Assembly: GCA_036172245.1 (NCBI GenBank)
Contig: JAYWIR010000025.1
Coordinates: 1,922,001 to 1,986,000 of the forward strand
Direction: 5' to 3'
Length of the DNA: 64,000 nucleotides
Origin: Raillietiella orientalis
Taxonomy: Eukaryota
Part shown: positions 34,201 through 46,353 of the stretch, one piece after another
Layout: every line of letters begins with the position of its first letter
Position numbering within the stretch: position 1 is the stretch's first letter
Made by a program: the position numbers and the translations under genes
Notes under the pieces: generated by a model
Database searches by the model: none
What the model saw: only the letters and a program-made list of their open reading frames with translations
What the model was told of the DNA's origin: nothing

Positions 34201-37200
34201 GCCATGTGCTTAGGACCACGGGTACATTTTTGGTTCTCTTATTCGTTCTTTCTTTACATCCGATCCGCCATTACTTTTGAGACGCACCTCGTATGTGGAT
34301 CATATGTACTACTGGATAATATGTACATATATAATATATGGATTATATGTATATATTATATATATAATCCATATCTATATATATCTTATATATAGTCCAT
34401 TGCATAATCATGTGATACCATCTGTGAACGGAAGACAACTAGCACTTTTGTTTTCTGAAAAAGACATCCATAGCACTTCAGTACTTGAAGATGAGGAAAA
34501 GTGCAGGATAAGCAGGTGCAAAACGAATTCGAAACTGGGATGCTGTTCGAATTTTAGTGGCAGCATACATCATCTGCTTGTCTGAGCTTGGGATTCGCTC
34601 TTCAAGTGGGAAACACCGTTCTTGGATGAGAAATTGGTATCCAATGGTAATACTTGACAGATGCACAGAAAATGTAGAGGACATTCGTTACAAGGAATGA
34701 AGTCAGTGAGCTCATGTGATACTCACGACTGCTGTTTTATTCAAAGGGTGGAAGCCCTTGCTCTTCGTCTGTGAAATGAAAGACCGAAAGCTAAGCGGTA
34801 GAATGATGATTGTTTGACGCCATAAGTCGTGTGAAAAAATGTGTGCATCCTTATCTACCATTGAGGACTATTTTGTCAGCTTCATGGGATTCTGCAATGC
34901 GTATCCGATGTTATTTGTGGCTGGTCTCACGGGCCCCATGTTTAGACTTATACCAGTGATCGGATCCAGGAGCGATTTTCGCTGAAAGTTTATCTGTTCC
35001 TGTGTCGGAGTCTGTCATTAGGGCTTCTCCATGCAACAGGACTGGCGAGAGCGTTTGAAGATTGGTGGATTCAGCGGGTCCATGTCAGTATTAGCTCTTG
35101 GGGAATCTGTGAGGATGGATAAGGGATTCTGATTTGGGTCGTCACTTGGCTGCCTGTCCCGTTTCGAGGGAGATGCCGTAGTATCTTGGAAAGATTCGGT
35201 ACTGGTTATAGGTTGATTAGGGTTAGCTGCAGCTGCTGCGGTTTTTCACTCCTCGCTCGATTCCTCGTTTCCGTTTCTTTCTGTGCGCTAGAATTTCTCG
35301 AGCCATGTTGTCTGCAGTCTTGCAGGGAATGCTGTCTGAAGAGTTCCGTTGCGAAGGCAACGCGTATCCGCGTATGCATGCATGTGCTGTCGTGTGCCTC
35401 CTAGAATCTTCCGTACTGTCGAATTTGTTCGCCTTTTTTCAGGCATCCTGTCGCAAGACGTCTCCCATGATAAACTCCGACAGCTGGGATTGAGTTCGAA
35501 TTTCTCATCCTACATCGCAGCTTCCTATGTGAAATTTGTCGAGAGTGGTGGTGCAAGAGCTGTTCCCATCAAGTAAACTGTTCTTTTATCCACCCTGTGA
35601 AATATTTCACACTCTCTTTCAATCGTTTCAGGATCAACCAGCCCTACAGCTACTATGCCGACCTCGCCGGGAAAATCAATGGGTTGGTAGCTTGATTTTT
35701 CATTCGCAATTGGAAATTCATGTTGACGAATTTGCATCCTCTGTCCGCGCGTGCAGCATCTCGATGATTGGATTGCAAAGCAGGTTATCAGGAAGAAACG
35801 CTCGCTTTTTAGCCGTCGAGGCAGAGAGTAGGAGCTTACATCTCGCTCGAGCGACTGCGGGAATCGAATGCAGAATCTCGATTGCTCTTTAGCAAAGCAT
35901 CCAAACTGCGACGGATACTCCGTAGAAAGGCTGGGCTTAGTAATTTATGGCGAAAGAGCTCGACTTGGGGAGAGTGCGCCAAAATTACTTAGCGCCTATC
36001 TCTCCCAAAGGTTGGAGCAAGTGACGTTTTCGAAGAACGGGGGAAGGGCTGCGAGCGAAGAAATCGTCGTGCCTTTCTTTCGCCTCTTCCTATTTTCTCT
36101 CGCCAATTTCGAGCTTCCCTCTGATTGTCCTTCGGCTGAGAATCGTTCTTCTTCTTCTTCTTCTTCTTCTTCTTTTTTTTTTTTTTTGAGTCTCCAGATG
36201 GCAACGCATGTTAATTCGGGGTTTCCGTCCACGTGGTCGAGAAGAACTAAAGAAGGATTCACCTTACGATTAGCGGAACTCGAGGTGTACAGAAGGGAAT
36301 CGATATAAATAGCTATCCACGGATAAAACAGGATAAACAGCATGTGAACCTGCAGCTTTTCAAGCAGACAGTCATATGGCATGGGTGAATGGGATGGGCA
36401 GGCATCTGAAAGAGAATCTTTCCATGCTGGAGAATCATAGTTGGATTTTGCACGTGGTAAATTCTGCTTGCGTCTCCCTAAGGGCGGTTCATTAAAGTGG
36501 TGTTCTTTCTCGCGGTTTCGTGACTCATCGAAAAAAAAGAGAGAAGCAGCAGAGGGAGAAATAAATTCGCGCTCACTACGAACTCAGCAATACGCAACCG
36601 GGCAGAAACTGCTCATTCGTCTGGAAGAACATGGAGAAGAAGAAGAAGAAAAATGGTATCACATTGGTGTCAAAGTTCATCATTCGTTCCGCACCCCACC
36701 GTTGGTTTTCCCTTGTAGAATTGCATCACTTCGTACTCCTTTTCGTATTCCGACATGCTGTGACCCGATGGATGTGTGCATCGTCTTCCTTGGCTAAAAA
36801 TGTACAGCCGCTGTACAATGCGTGCAACTTTCCAAGTTTGCAACGCCTCGAATAGCAAGAGAGTTTCAAGACGTCCCAGGCGAAGGTGGAAATTCCGAAG
36901 AAATTTGTGGCTCTATGGAAAAGAGTTCCATTTCCGGAATGCATGAGCCATGCAGCCACCAGTTGCCAGCTGCAAAGAAGAAACCGACAGGTATAGAAGA
37001 TCACATAGCATACATCATCTGACTGTCTCGCAAGGACCATGGGATGAGGCTCGCGCGGATCTTTTTGCCTTCGTGCGCTCCATTTTCTCATGATCTTGTA
37101 GAAATAGTGCTTTTCTCTGGCGAGGCTTTGCCTTCCGTGTCCCCTCGGAAGATTCATAGCAAGCACCAGGAAGTGCCGAGGGCGTGGCCATCTACGGTGA

Positions 37201-39017
37201 TGGCCGAGTGTTTCACTTTTGCGGTCCCATTTTTTTTTTTTTTTACCGTGGTTGCTGCAAAACGAACCGTGCATGCAGTCGCGCTTGCATGCGGTGCCGA
37301 AGCAGGAGATCCATGACCTGATTCGAACGATGCTCAAGATGCAGCATGAAACCCTTCTGGGATGAGACGGTTTTGTGCCCCATCCTCCTAGGTCTGCTCA
37401 AGATGATAACTGCGAACGAACTTTTGTCGCATCATTTTTGCGTCTTTCGTACTTTACTGTCTATGCTGCGTTTGGCCAAAAAAAAAATCTCGATGATCCC
37501 ATTGTAATTGGGTCCAGGTCTATTAAATAAATGTTCAGCTTCATAAGTAGGAGCAAATGATCCGGAAACCAGTAAAGAAAGGCGGATATGTTTTACCGTT
37601 TTTGTCGTCGCGTGTTGAACTGATGGGAAGTGACGAACAAGATGTGAAAATCTCTGAAAGAAGCAATTTTCGCGATGGAAGATGTGTTTGTCTTGTTTGT
37701 TTCCCCCCCCCCCCTTTAAAAAACGCACGTCTCCACATTCGATAGACTTTTTGTGAATGCTCGTTAAGTATTTCATTCTAGATTCTAGATCCCCATTTGC
37801 AAGCCATGGAAGACCATTGTGGTCAGGAAATTGATAACATTCGCTATAATTGAAATCATCGTGCAAACTATCCTGATATTCTACGACAGCTCGATTTATG
37901 AATGATGTACTTCCAACACTGGAAGGATCTTACATTCAAATGATGGGGAAAAGCAATAACTGGGAAATGTCGCTTCAGAGTTTTGTTTCCCGGAGGGATG
38001 ACCTGGATATATGGAACAGGGATGGGAGACAGTGGAAAGATCATGTACGATCTAGCGGTTGATTTCAACAGCCGCGGTGACTACTTTCCCATCTGGGGCA
38101 CTTGCTTGGGATTCGAGCTTCTGGGCTACCTGATGGCTAACGAAACCGACTGGAGGACCAGCTGCAGTTCCACGGATGTTGCGCTGCCTTTGAACTTGTC
38201 GCAAGGTCGGATTCATTTGCTCTCTCCCCTCGAAATGTTTGAGTGTGCGCCTTCACGCTCCCTCAGGATGGAAGGAAAGCAGGATGTTCGGATCTGCACC
38301 CTCCAGCATCATCGACATTCTCACCACAAGGAACGTGACACCAAATTACCATGAGTTTTGCTTCACTCCAAAGGTAGTCTTGCGGGATTCCGTCGCACGG
38401 TTTTCAGATGCTGGCCTCTCATTTCGGGGGGGAGGGGGGAGGCACAGTCCGGTCACGCTCTTTGAGTTAGTCGGCAGTGTAAGCTGAAGTGCATAGCTAG
38501 ATTAGTCAGTGAGATGTTTTCCGCTTTAGCCACGTTAGGCAGCGGGGACCCTTTATGGTCTCCCACTCGGTTTTCTTGTCAGAACACTCCACGTGCACAT
38601 CTTTCCTATTCCCTAGAACTTTACTGCCCTATCCATGAGCAAGCACATTCTCGTCTCTTCGGAAAACTATGATGCGAGCGGGATCCTGTTCATATCTTCC
38701 ATGGAGTCACGGACCTACCCTTTTTATGGTGTGCAGTTTCATCCGGAGAAGAACGCCTTCGAGTGGAACATTCGCAAGAAGGGTATCCCTCACTCTCGGG
38801 AAGCTGTTTCGGCCGGCCAGTACTTCGGCAACTTTTTCGTGAACGAAGGTGAGGAGGGGGAACCTCGGCCGACAAGACTTCTCGTTCTTCAGCCCGCAAA
38901 AGCACGCACCACTTCTCGTCTGTGGAAGAAGAGCAAAGCGAGCTGATATACAATTACTCTCCCATGTACACTGGCAAGCACGGGTCCTCCTTTGAGCAGT
39001 GTTATTACTTCGAGTGA
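31250..39017 (+). CDS. GGH: Gamma-glutamyl hydrolase (folylpolyglutamate hydrolase, peptidase C26), 328 aa. Exons 31250-31364, 35443-35572, 35632-35682, 37979-38205, 38267-38373, 38617-38848, 38893-39017
   Basis: Seven GT-AG exons total 987 nt in one open frame. Signal peptide [13 protein letters not shown] is followed by [38 protein letters not shown], catalytic Cys in [13 protein letters not shown], His/Glu in [14 protein letters not shown], and a C-terminal LIYNY.P....FEQCYYF. Confidence 0.96.
32568..32605 (+). repeat. 38-bp near-perfect palindrome in GGH intron 1
   Basis: agtgatcgatcatctcgtc|gacgagatggttgatcact has 17 of 19 Watson-Crick pairs. The other two are G-T. Confidence 0.9.
34315..34395. 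repeat. AT-rich (TA)n-like low-complexity tract with internal inverted repeat 34336-34374
   Basis: The arms atatggattatat / atataatccatat sit within a TA-rich run. Confidence 0.85.
36146..36187. repeat. (TTC)n microsatellite plus poly-T
   Basis: ttcttcttcttcttcttcttcttcttct followed by a T run. Confidence 0.9.
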
Positions 39018-39162
39018 TGAATGGCGGCCGAAGGGCAGTTTCTCCAGAATTCGGATTTTACGTTTCACATTAATGAGAAGTGACTGGCCCTGATAGGGAG
39101 CTCTGAAAATGACTTCGATGGCATTTCGGCTCGTTTGCTCCGTCCCTGCGTAGTTAAAGACG

Positions 39163-39168
39163 AATAAA
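39163..39168 (+). promoter_or_regulatory. Candidate polyadenylation signal of GGH
   Basis: AATAAA about 145 nt after the GGH stop codon. Confidence 0.55.
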
Positions 39169-39239
39169 AATATTTCCCGGAGTGTCTTTACTTGCTCTCC
39201 ATTGCCCATTCTGAGTCTGAAGGAAGGGAGAATCGGTAC

Positions 39240-40720
39240 TCAGCTTTCCTTCCTCTGAGACAGGACCTCTCGACGTTTTTAATCACAGAAGACTTCTGTG
39301 GTTATCTTGCAACGTTTCAATTGGTCTTCCGCGGCTATCTTGGAAGAAATCCCCTCTAGAAGTATTCTCTGGCTACTTCTGCCAGGTACTTCTTTCCTTT
39401 GGATCCAGTTTGCCAAATAAAAGTGTTCTTAAATTGAAGGAAAACCAAAAAATTCAGTTCCTCTTCAGGAAAATCGGTAATGCAAGAACTGGAAAAGGTG
39501 TGCGTTGATTCCGAGGCATTTTTGGTAATTCCTCCGAATCTCTTCTCTTACAGGCAGTGCGAAATGCCTTCATTCGTGAACAAACATGGCGACATCAGCC
39601 CCCATGTTACATCAGGAGTCTATTTAAAAAATGCGCTTCAGCAATGGGATGGAGAATGAGGTATGGAATCAATAAGATTGTGTATGTCATCCTTTAAGTG
39701 TTCTCTATCATTGTGTCGTATCTCTTTGAGGGATGTGAGAACTTTTTTTATATGGATGGATCCTCGAAACGAGACTTTCAAGCTAGATATAAAGGGGAGT
39801 GTAATTGAAAGCCGAGGCATTGAAGATGTATCGGATTGCCAATATTTAAACTTGCAAATTAAATCTGCTCCGATCTTTGCTGGACAGGAAGTCCTCGATT
39901 TTAGGTTTGATCTTCCTGCATGCATTTCATGGACAGAAAAATTTCCCGAAATGCATTTCCGATGATTGGCCCGAAAGTCACTCTGATCATATGGTAGGAA
40001 CTTTGAATCTGGGACTGCGCTATAGCAACGACAGGGAAGCCGTGATCGGTGAGGTGTATACCTCGCTGAAAGTGTACGACTTCTCTGGAAGTTCTCACTT
40101 GTGTTTAGCATCGCAGCGAGAAATCTACAGTCGAAACTTGGGAAACAGATTTTACATTTTCTCTCGAGGCAGCAACGGCGAGACAAATGCTACTGAAACA
40201 CTGGTAAAGAGTTTCTCTTTTTTTCTGAGTCAGTCTTCGTGGAAGGCCATAGAAAGAGGCGACATGCTGTCTCGTTTGTCCATATCGCTGAGAGAATCAA
40301 CCGAAAAAGCATTTTGCGTATTTTTCATCTGAATTGCTCTCATATGTGATGATTCGAAAAGATCCGTTAGCCACGGCGGTATTTTTCCATGAATGGAGTA
40401 ACCTGAATAGAAACACCACTGCGACCACCTCGAAAGGAACCGCATAGCTTTCCAACATTTGTCGCTTGTCGAAGTATCGCGTTTCTCAATCAAGGGGTTG
40501 AAGATGTGGAATATTGTTTCTAGATAAAAGAAGGCAACACCTTCGTAGAAGGGCTCGGTCCTTTCGCATCTCTGGGCAGACTAAAGCAACTAGTGAACTG
40601 ATGTAACAAGATCGGACCTGTATTTTTCCGAGGTAATGGTGGTCCAAGTTCTCCTTGGAGGACTTGGTCGCACTTGCTGATCTTTGAACTTGAGGAAACA
40701 CATTTCTGAACAGAGGCATT
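39240..40720 (-). mobile_element. Decayed LINE (RTE-like) reverse transcriptase relic
   Basis: Minus-strand motifs in order: KAMRFLSRW (cf. KAFD.V), GKIPPWLTDLF (cf. GIP.KL..LI), FSVDSLSDMDKRDSMSPL (cf. F.V..GVRQGD.LSP), and near 39330-39370 RILLEG...RGRP, a typical RTE C-terminus. Multiple stops and frameshifts. Confidence 0.5.
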
Positions 40721-41097
40721 TTTGGGGGGAGGGGGGGTGTACTAGTCCACTTTCATAGGAATCGGGGTGAGGAAAGTGTTCTCGATTGCTTCTCGGAGCG
40801 TATCAGCCTGCGGGAAATTCTCTCAGACCTCCGTAAAGGCCGAATGCATGCACAGTTCCGAAAGAATGAGTCAAGTCTACACCTACTTGGTCAGCGAATT
40901 TACCTGGGAAGTTCTCGAGGAAATCCACTGCTCAGTAATGGATTGTGAATGCCTACGGGGAGCATCTCAGTGGTGTACTGTGTTCAGCCATCTCCGCGTT
41001 CCAGATGCACACTTTGCATCTGGAACGTAAGCTTTCAAGAGAGAAGCAAATGCAGAAAACTCATTAAGAAGCGCTTCCAATCATCCATAATGTAGAG

Positions 41098-41404
41098 CAG
41101 CGTTGCCCAAACTATGTTCCGCAGAACACTGGTGTTCCGCGGAAAGTCAATAAGTGTTCCGCGAAAAATTATGAAAATTAATATATTTTAAATGCTATTA
41201 AGTTTATTTCACTATTTTCGTGTGTCTTGTTTTGCATAATTAAAATTTGAGAATACATGCCTGTTTTGTTTTCTTAACTCTTATAATATTTGCTTGCTTA
41301 ATTGGTAATTAATATCTAACTGCTCTATAAAATAACCAAGGTATTTCATTAAACTTTCAGGATTTGTGAAGTGTTCCGTTATAGGAAAAGTTCGGGAAAC
41401 GCTG
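41098..41404. mobile_element. Non-autonomous hAT (Buster/Charlie-type) MITE, 307 bp
   Basis: TIRs cagcgttgcccaaact / agttcgggaaacgctg are 14/16 complementary. A perfect 8-bp TSD, atgtagag, sits at 41090-41097 and 41405-41412 with a central TA (the Buster nnnTAnnn signature). The subterminal motif gtgttccg is repeated and the interior is AT-rich. Confidence 0.93.
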
Positions 41405-41749
41405 ATGTAGAGAATCAGTCAATAAAGCCGAGGCGTCCGTACAAAAATGAGTCACAAAATGGCATCAGGGTCGACGGACGCCCATCTCATGCACTATGAG
41501 TATGGCTCGTAATAGAACTGAGCCAAGCTCACCTGCTGATTCTTCCGGCGAAGGTGAAGAGAAGCGTCAAGCGTGATGAGAATAAGGGTACCAGTTGGTA
41601 CCAGTTCTAAAATAGGGTGTTTCCAAGTCACCTTTCCATAAGGAAGGACAATCCATTCGAATGAGATTTCTCTTTGCTTTTCGTGACGGCTGACCTCTCC
41701 GTATCTCGTGATCTCCTACCTGCCTGCCGCCACGAAATGTCGAACACAT

Positions 41750-44700
41750 CGGCAGCACCTAGTGGCGGAAGGTAGCTGTGAGCCATTGCCCTTACTTGCG
41801 ACGAATTCAGAGGTGACCTCTAGGGACGAATAGGGCGATGCTCGTCAGTAAAACTCGAAGGAACTGCGAATCAATGAGCTCCCGAAAATCTTCATGAACC
41901 GGGAAAAGTTCCCTCCCCGCATCTGATTTCAGTAGCCTTTGAAAGCTTTTTCTAATTCCCGCTGGAAGCAGGAGGGATTTTGCTTCCAACGGGACATAAT
42001 CTTTCGAGTTTGCTCAGTGCGATTCCTGAGGTGCGGAAGGACCTATTCTCTTCGAACTTTCGCTGCTCTGACAGTGTGGCATGGATCTATGCTGACTTGG
42101 GTCTGCTCCTTCTCACAGTTTCTCTTTCGCTGCGGTTTCACGAACAGGTTTTGTCGCGATTCACATGGTGGTAGTGACCACTCTGTTCTGTGTGACCCTC
42201 CAGCAAATTCTGACAAACTTAGGTGCTTGTTGTATTACCTCATTTGCCTCGTCTCCGTTTGGAAATCGTCCTGTGGTTCGGCTGCGTTTGCTTCAACTTC
42301 GTGATCCTTCTTAGCTTAAAATGGACTATTGGTCTGGTTCGCGTTGGATTGTACACTTGGGGGGCTCTCATCTGTCTCTGGAAATCAACTCGAAAGTATA
42401 CTCATCAACCGATACGAGTTGATGTGCAGCTCCAGATGGCCGCTTCCTCAGATTTTCACACCTTCATGCCTTCAACTCTGTCACTCGCCAGTCTTCAGGC
42501 TTTGCAACTACTGGAGAGGAATTCTCTATCTGAAAGAGGGAAGAGGGACTGTTCCTGATGTGCTTCGTTTAGCTGGCACCTCTTTCTAGAACAATAGATC
42601 CGGTTCCCACAAAATGTATAGGCTTTTCATTCCTTTCTGTGGCCATGAACCAGCAAGGAAGACATCTGGGAACAGAGCGTGAGACTTTGCAGAACCACCA
42701 AACCGTTGGTCACCATTCTAATCAAATGACCCATTAACTATTTGAACGACATAGGGTTACTTCCTTATTTTACTAGGCGTTTTGCTTCCGGTGAACATAC
42801 CACTCTTTTCCTTAAGTTTTCGAGCCATGCGGTCCCAAATTGTTGGTTTTGTTGATTGGAAGATCTTGTCAATGCAGGGAGTTGTCGACGACAGAGGACT
42901 GTTCGGTTTACTTGCTGGCTCTTCGTTCGGGAGGGAAAAGAACTTTTGAGGAAGATAGCAGAAGGAACCAGTTGGTAGCATGACTGACTGAGCCACACTG
43001 TAGGGAAACCCCATTGGGAGAGGAGGGGAAAGAGGATGAAAATGAGATCAGCTGACTGAGGCGGCCACAGAGATGCCAAGGCTGAGACTCTGACAAGACC
43101 TTCTGAGTCCCCGGTTCATGTTCCTATGCCTCCCCTTTCCTTTCAGGCACCAGAAGACTCTTCGATCCCTTTGTTTGGCTCCGAAAGCTGCCCTACATCA
43201 GACAAATCCACCTAAGCCACAGCGAGGGGATTGAAGAAATGATGAAAGACATGAATGACATGGGATGAAGGGCATTGCGAGCCACAGGAGGCAGCAGACT
43301 GTCTCCATAGACAACCCCCCATCCTCTTCAAGAAACATACAGCGATGAGTTTTCATCACGGAACTGCTCTGCTGTCACTCTCTGGAACCGTAGTGACCGC
43401 TCTACACTCCATGGCCACGGATCGTGTAATCTACCCATCCCGGAAAGGAAGATCAGAGGGAAAGAAGTCCATTTTGCGGAAGGATTGAATACAGCCACAC
43501 GGATTAAGTCAGGAGATTAGACCTCCGCGAGACGGATGCAGAGAAGTACGGTGACAAGTGATTTGTGCAGCTGTAGCGCACTCCCGCAGCCGGCCTGCGC
43601 GTCGGGGTTTCCCTGCCTCCTGAACCTGCTGACCATATCTCTGCTAGGGTCCATCATTCGCTTCCTACACTAACACCCTTTATCCCTTACCCATGGAACT
43701 GATCGCCGTATATTTCTGACAACGCACCCCGGTGACCTCCCTGTTCATGGAGTCATTGTAACGAAGGTGCAGTGAGAGTGCATCTGCAATAGTTGCTCTG
43801 CACAGGGAAAGCTCAAGGATGAAAACCTATGTACGTTTCCATGGTTACAGAGGGAAGGTGAGTACCCGTCAGATGACTCACTGTTTCGCAGTTTTTCCAG
43901 AGACTTCACTAGCATTTTCCAAGCAAAGTGCAACCACGTGAGTAAAATAGTAGAAAACACAACACCCCTCTAGAGACGGTTCTTGTTTGGCTTCGGCCAA
44001 GATGAGGCTGTTCCTCCTTCTCCCAAGGGCCGAAGGGCTCTCAGGAAACCGACCTCTTCCGTTCGCGTGATGGGAGGGGACAGTTTCTTCTTTTCCGCCT
44101 TCGCGTTTTGTGATAGCTTTGTCGTATGGAAGCAGCAGAGAGATTGCTGCCTCGTCCGGGAGCTGTACTTGTCTTTTGGCAATATCATGCCCATGGTCAA
44201 AGCTCTCTCTTTCTCGGGAGCGCGCCACAGCTTCTGTCTCCTCTAACGCTCAGGTCTCACAAGACTCCTTCCAACCTTTCTCTCCAAAGTTTGCCTTTCC
44301 TCCGTTGGGAAAGGAAGGATAGAGAGGCTTTCATTCACTGAAATCTCCTATGATCCTCTCTAGCTGTGGAATCGGGTCTCCAAGATCCACGTTCCTTCCT
44401 GACGAAACATTCCAAAACGGGTGGATCTATCTGTATTTACCTATTCTGCTGGCATGCTTGGTTGCTTGGACCTGGATCTGTTTCCGGAGGCTATATTGGA
44501 ATATTTACGTGTATAACTCGAACCTTTTCTGTGGGGTAGCTTCGAATGGAATGGAATGATTACTCCCTAACTCAAGTTAAGAGTTTTGTTGGCACTCTCC
44601 TCCAGAGCAGCTTCTGAAGATTCCAAATAGTATCCAAACTTTTGATAGAGTCCCTCCGGATGAGTGCCCTCTCGGAGGCTCCAAGATCTTCTAGCAGGGA
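41750..44700 (+). mobile_element. Highly decayed DIRS-like (tyrosine-recombinase) retrotransposon relic(s)
   Basis: Degenerate motifs in DIRS ORF2 order across frames: LVAEGSCEP (cf. LL.KG.IE), RFLRCGRTY (cf. LRF..G..YQF), TWGA (cf. GWGA), ILINRYEL (cf. HINxLEL), CNYWRGILYLKEG (cf. DN.T..YLNK.GG), then FAFPP (cf. YAFPP of the methyltransferase-like domain) and LVAW. Confidence 0.45.
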
Positions 44701-46353
44701 TTATATGTTCACGACTTCTGTTGTGTGAAGCTCTATGCTACATGCTCTGTGCTTTCCGTATACATTAGAGATAACAAGAACTGTCCTTAGACATGTAGAA
44801 TAGAGAACATAGGATATGGAAAAATTGATTTTTACGACTCTCATGAGAACAAGGGTGTCAGAAGGGAAGTCCTGAAATATTCCTCTAGAAAACGACACAA
44901 AAAAGGACAAGCTGCTCACAACTTGATCTACCAATAACTTTTGCACTCAGCCAAATTTGCCAGCTCTGTAAGATCCATACATTCCTATTGTCAAGATTCT
45001 TAGTAATCAGTGAATCAAGCAAATTAAACCGTCTCACCAACTTAAAGACAGGTCAAGTATAACTACGTGAAACTTATGCGTTTCGAAGACAATCTGTAGC
45101 CCCAAAAATTCCTGCATGCTTCTTTCGTTTAAATTTTATATCTACATGACACAGATAACGATAAATATCTTTTTCTCATGCTTCCATAAGAGTCCTCGAA
45201 TTCCAATGCAAATGTTCAGAGTTGAGAATTCGGAGTTGTTTGTTGTTGTTCAGAGTTCAAATGTTCAGAGTTGATCTATAATGATGAGCTCTCCGACAAA
45301 AACTTTTAATTCTATGCTGGAATCTTGAGACATGATTCCATATCCCATTGCATTTTTCTCAAAATGGTTGAAACGGAGCTGAAATTCATACAGTGCGTTA
45401 TTAAAAAAGAATGTAACAAAATGATTAAATTCATCAAATCAGCTGTGATCATTTCAGGGCATTTTTTTCTATATGTAATGGAGTGTTTTACCCCCAAAAT
45501 ACACGTAATAAATCCATGATATTATTACATAATAAAACCTCGCTTATCTGATTCGAAAAAAAATGCCGTTTTTATTTTAAGTTAGTTTCCCATTTTCTTC
45601 TGTGATCAGTGCAAAACCAGAAACTGCAACTGCTTTTCATACGCAGAAGCGTGAGTAAAATCAATACTCTGATGTTACAGCATATGAAATGCACCTATTT
45701 AAAGCAGATTTTCTCCATGAAGAGGAACAAATTCATTCTTTTATTCGGTTTTTATTATTGCAGATTGCAGGTATTGGCACAGAATGTGGATTCATTTCCA
45801 ATCTTCCATCTAATGCAACTACTGATAAAGCGATGAATTACAAATATTTAAATACCCTGTCTGCGATCTGATTATGCCGTCATTTTTAAAACTAATCCAG
45901 AATTAGCATTTAACTCAATGTTTGTTTGTGGGCATACTTGATTCGAGACTGGTGCGTTTTAATATTTCAAGCAAATATAGAGCTGAGAACCCTGCTGTAA
46001 ATTTGGCCGCGTGACTATGTAGAAAAGGAACGACCAGCGTGCGGTTCCGTGGTGCACAGAAAGTGGTGAAGCTTAGGTGCCCCACAAAAGTGGATAGACT
46101 AGTGTGGATGAGCGTATCTTAATTATTGTGTGAATCATGCGAAATGACCTGGGTTTGTTTTGTTTTTGCATTCTATGTTTCATGTATTTGATGGAGTGAA
46201 TTTTCCAACGTAGGTAAACTGGGTCTTGCTTCCAGAGTTGTAAAAAAGTTACCTTATAAAGGGAAAATGCCTTGATAAATGGACTGTCATAGTGCTCACG
46301 ATAATTTCTAGAGTCGAATTGTGCACTTAAGATTCCTTGTATGCTAAGCCGAA

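Noticed and set aside
45225..45275. Three copies of tgttcagagtt resembling a mini array
   Set aside because: The repeats are 11 bp with short irregular spacers in a eukaryotic context. This is simple slippage, not CRISPR.
45300..45880. Exon-like AG/GT segments upstream of UCKL1
   Set aside because: I could not assemble a consistent frame or recognise any homology.
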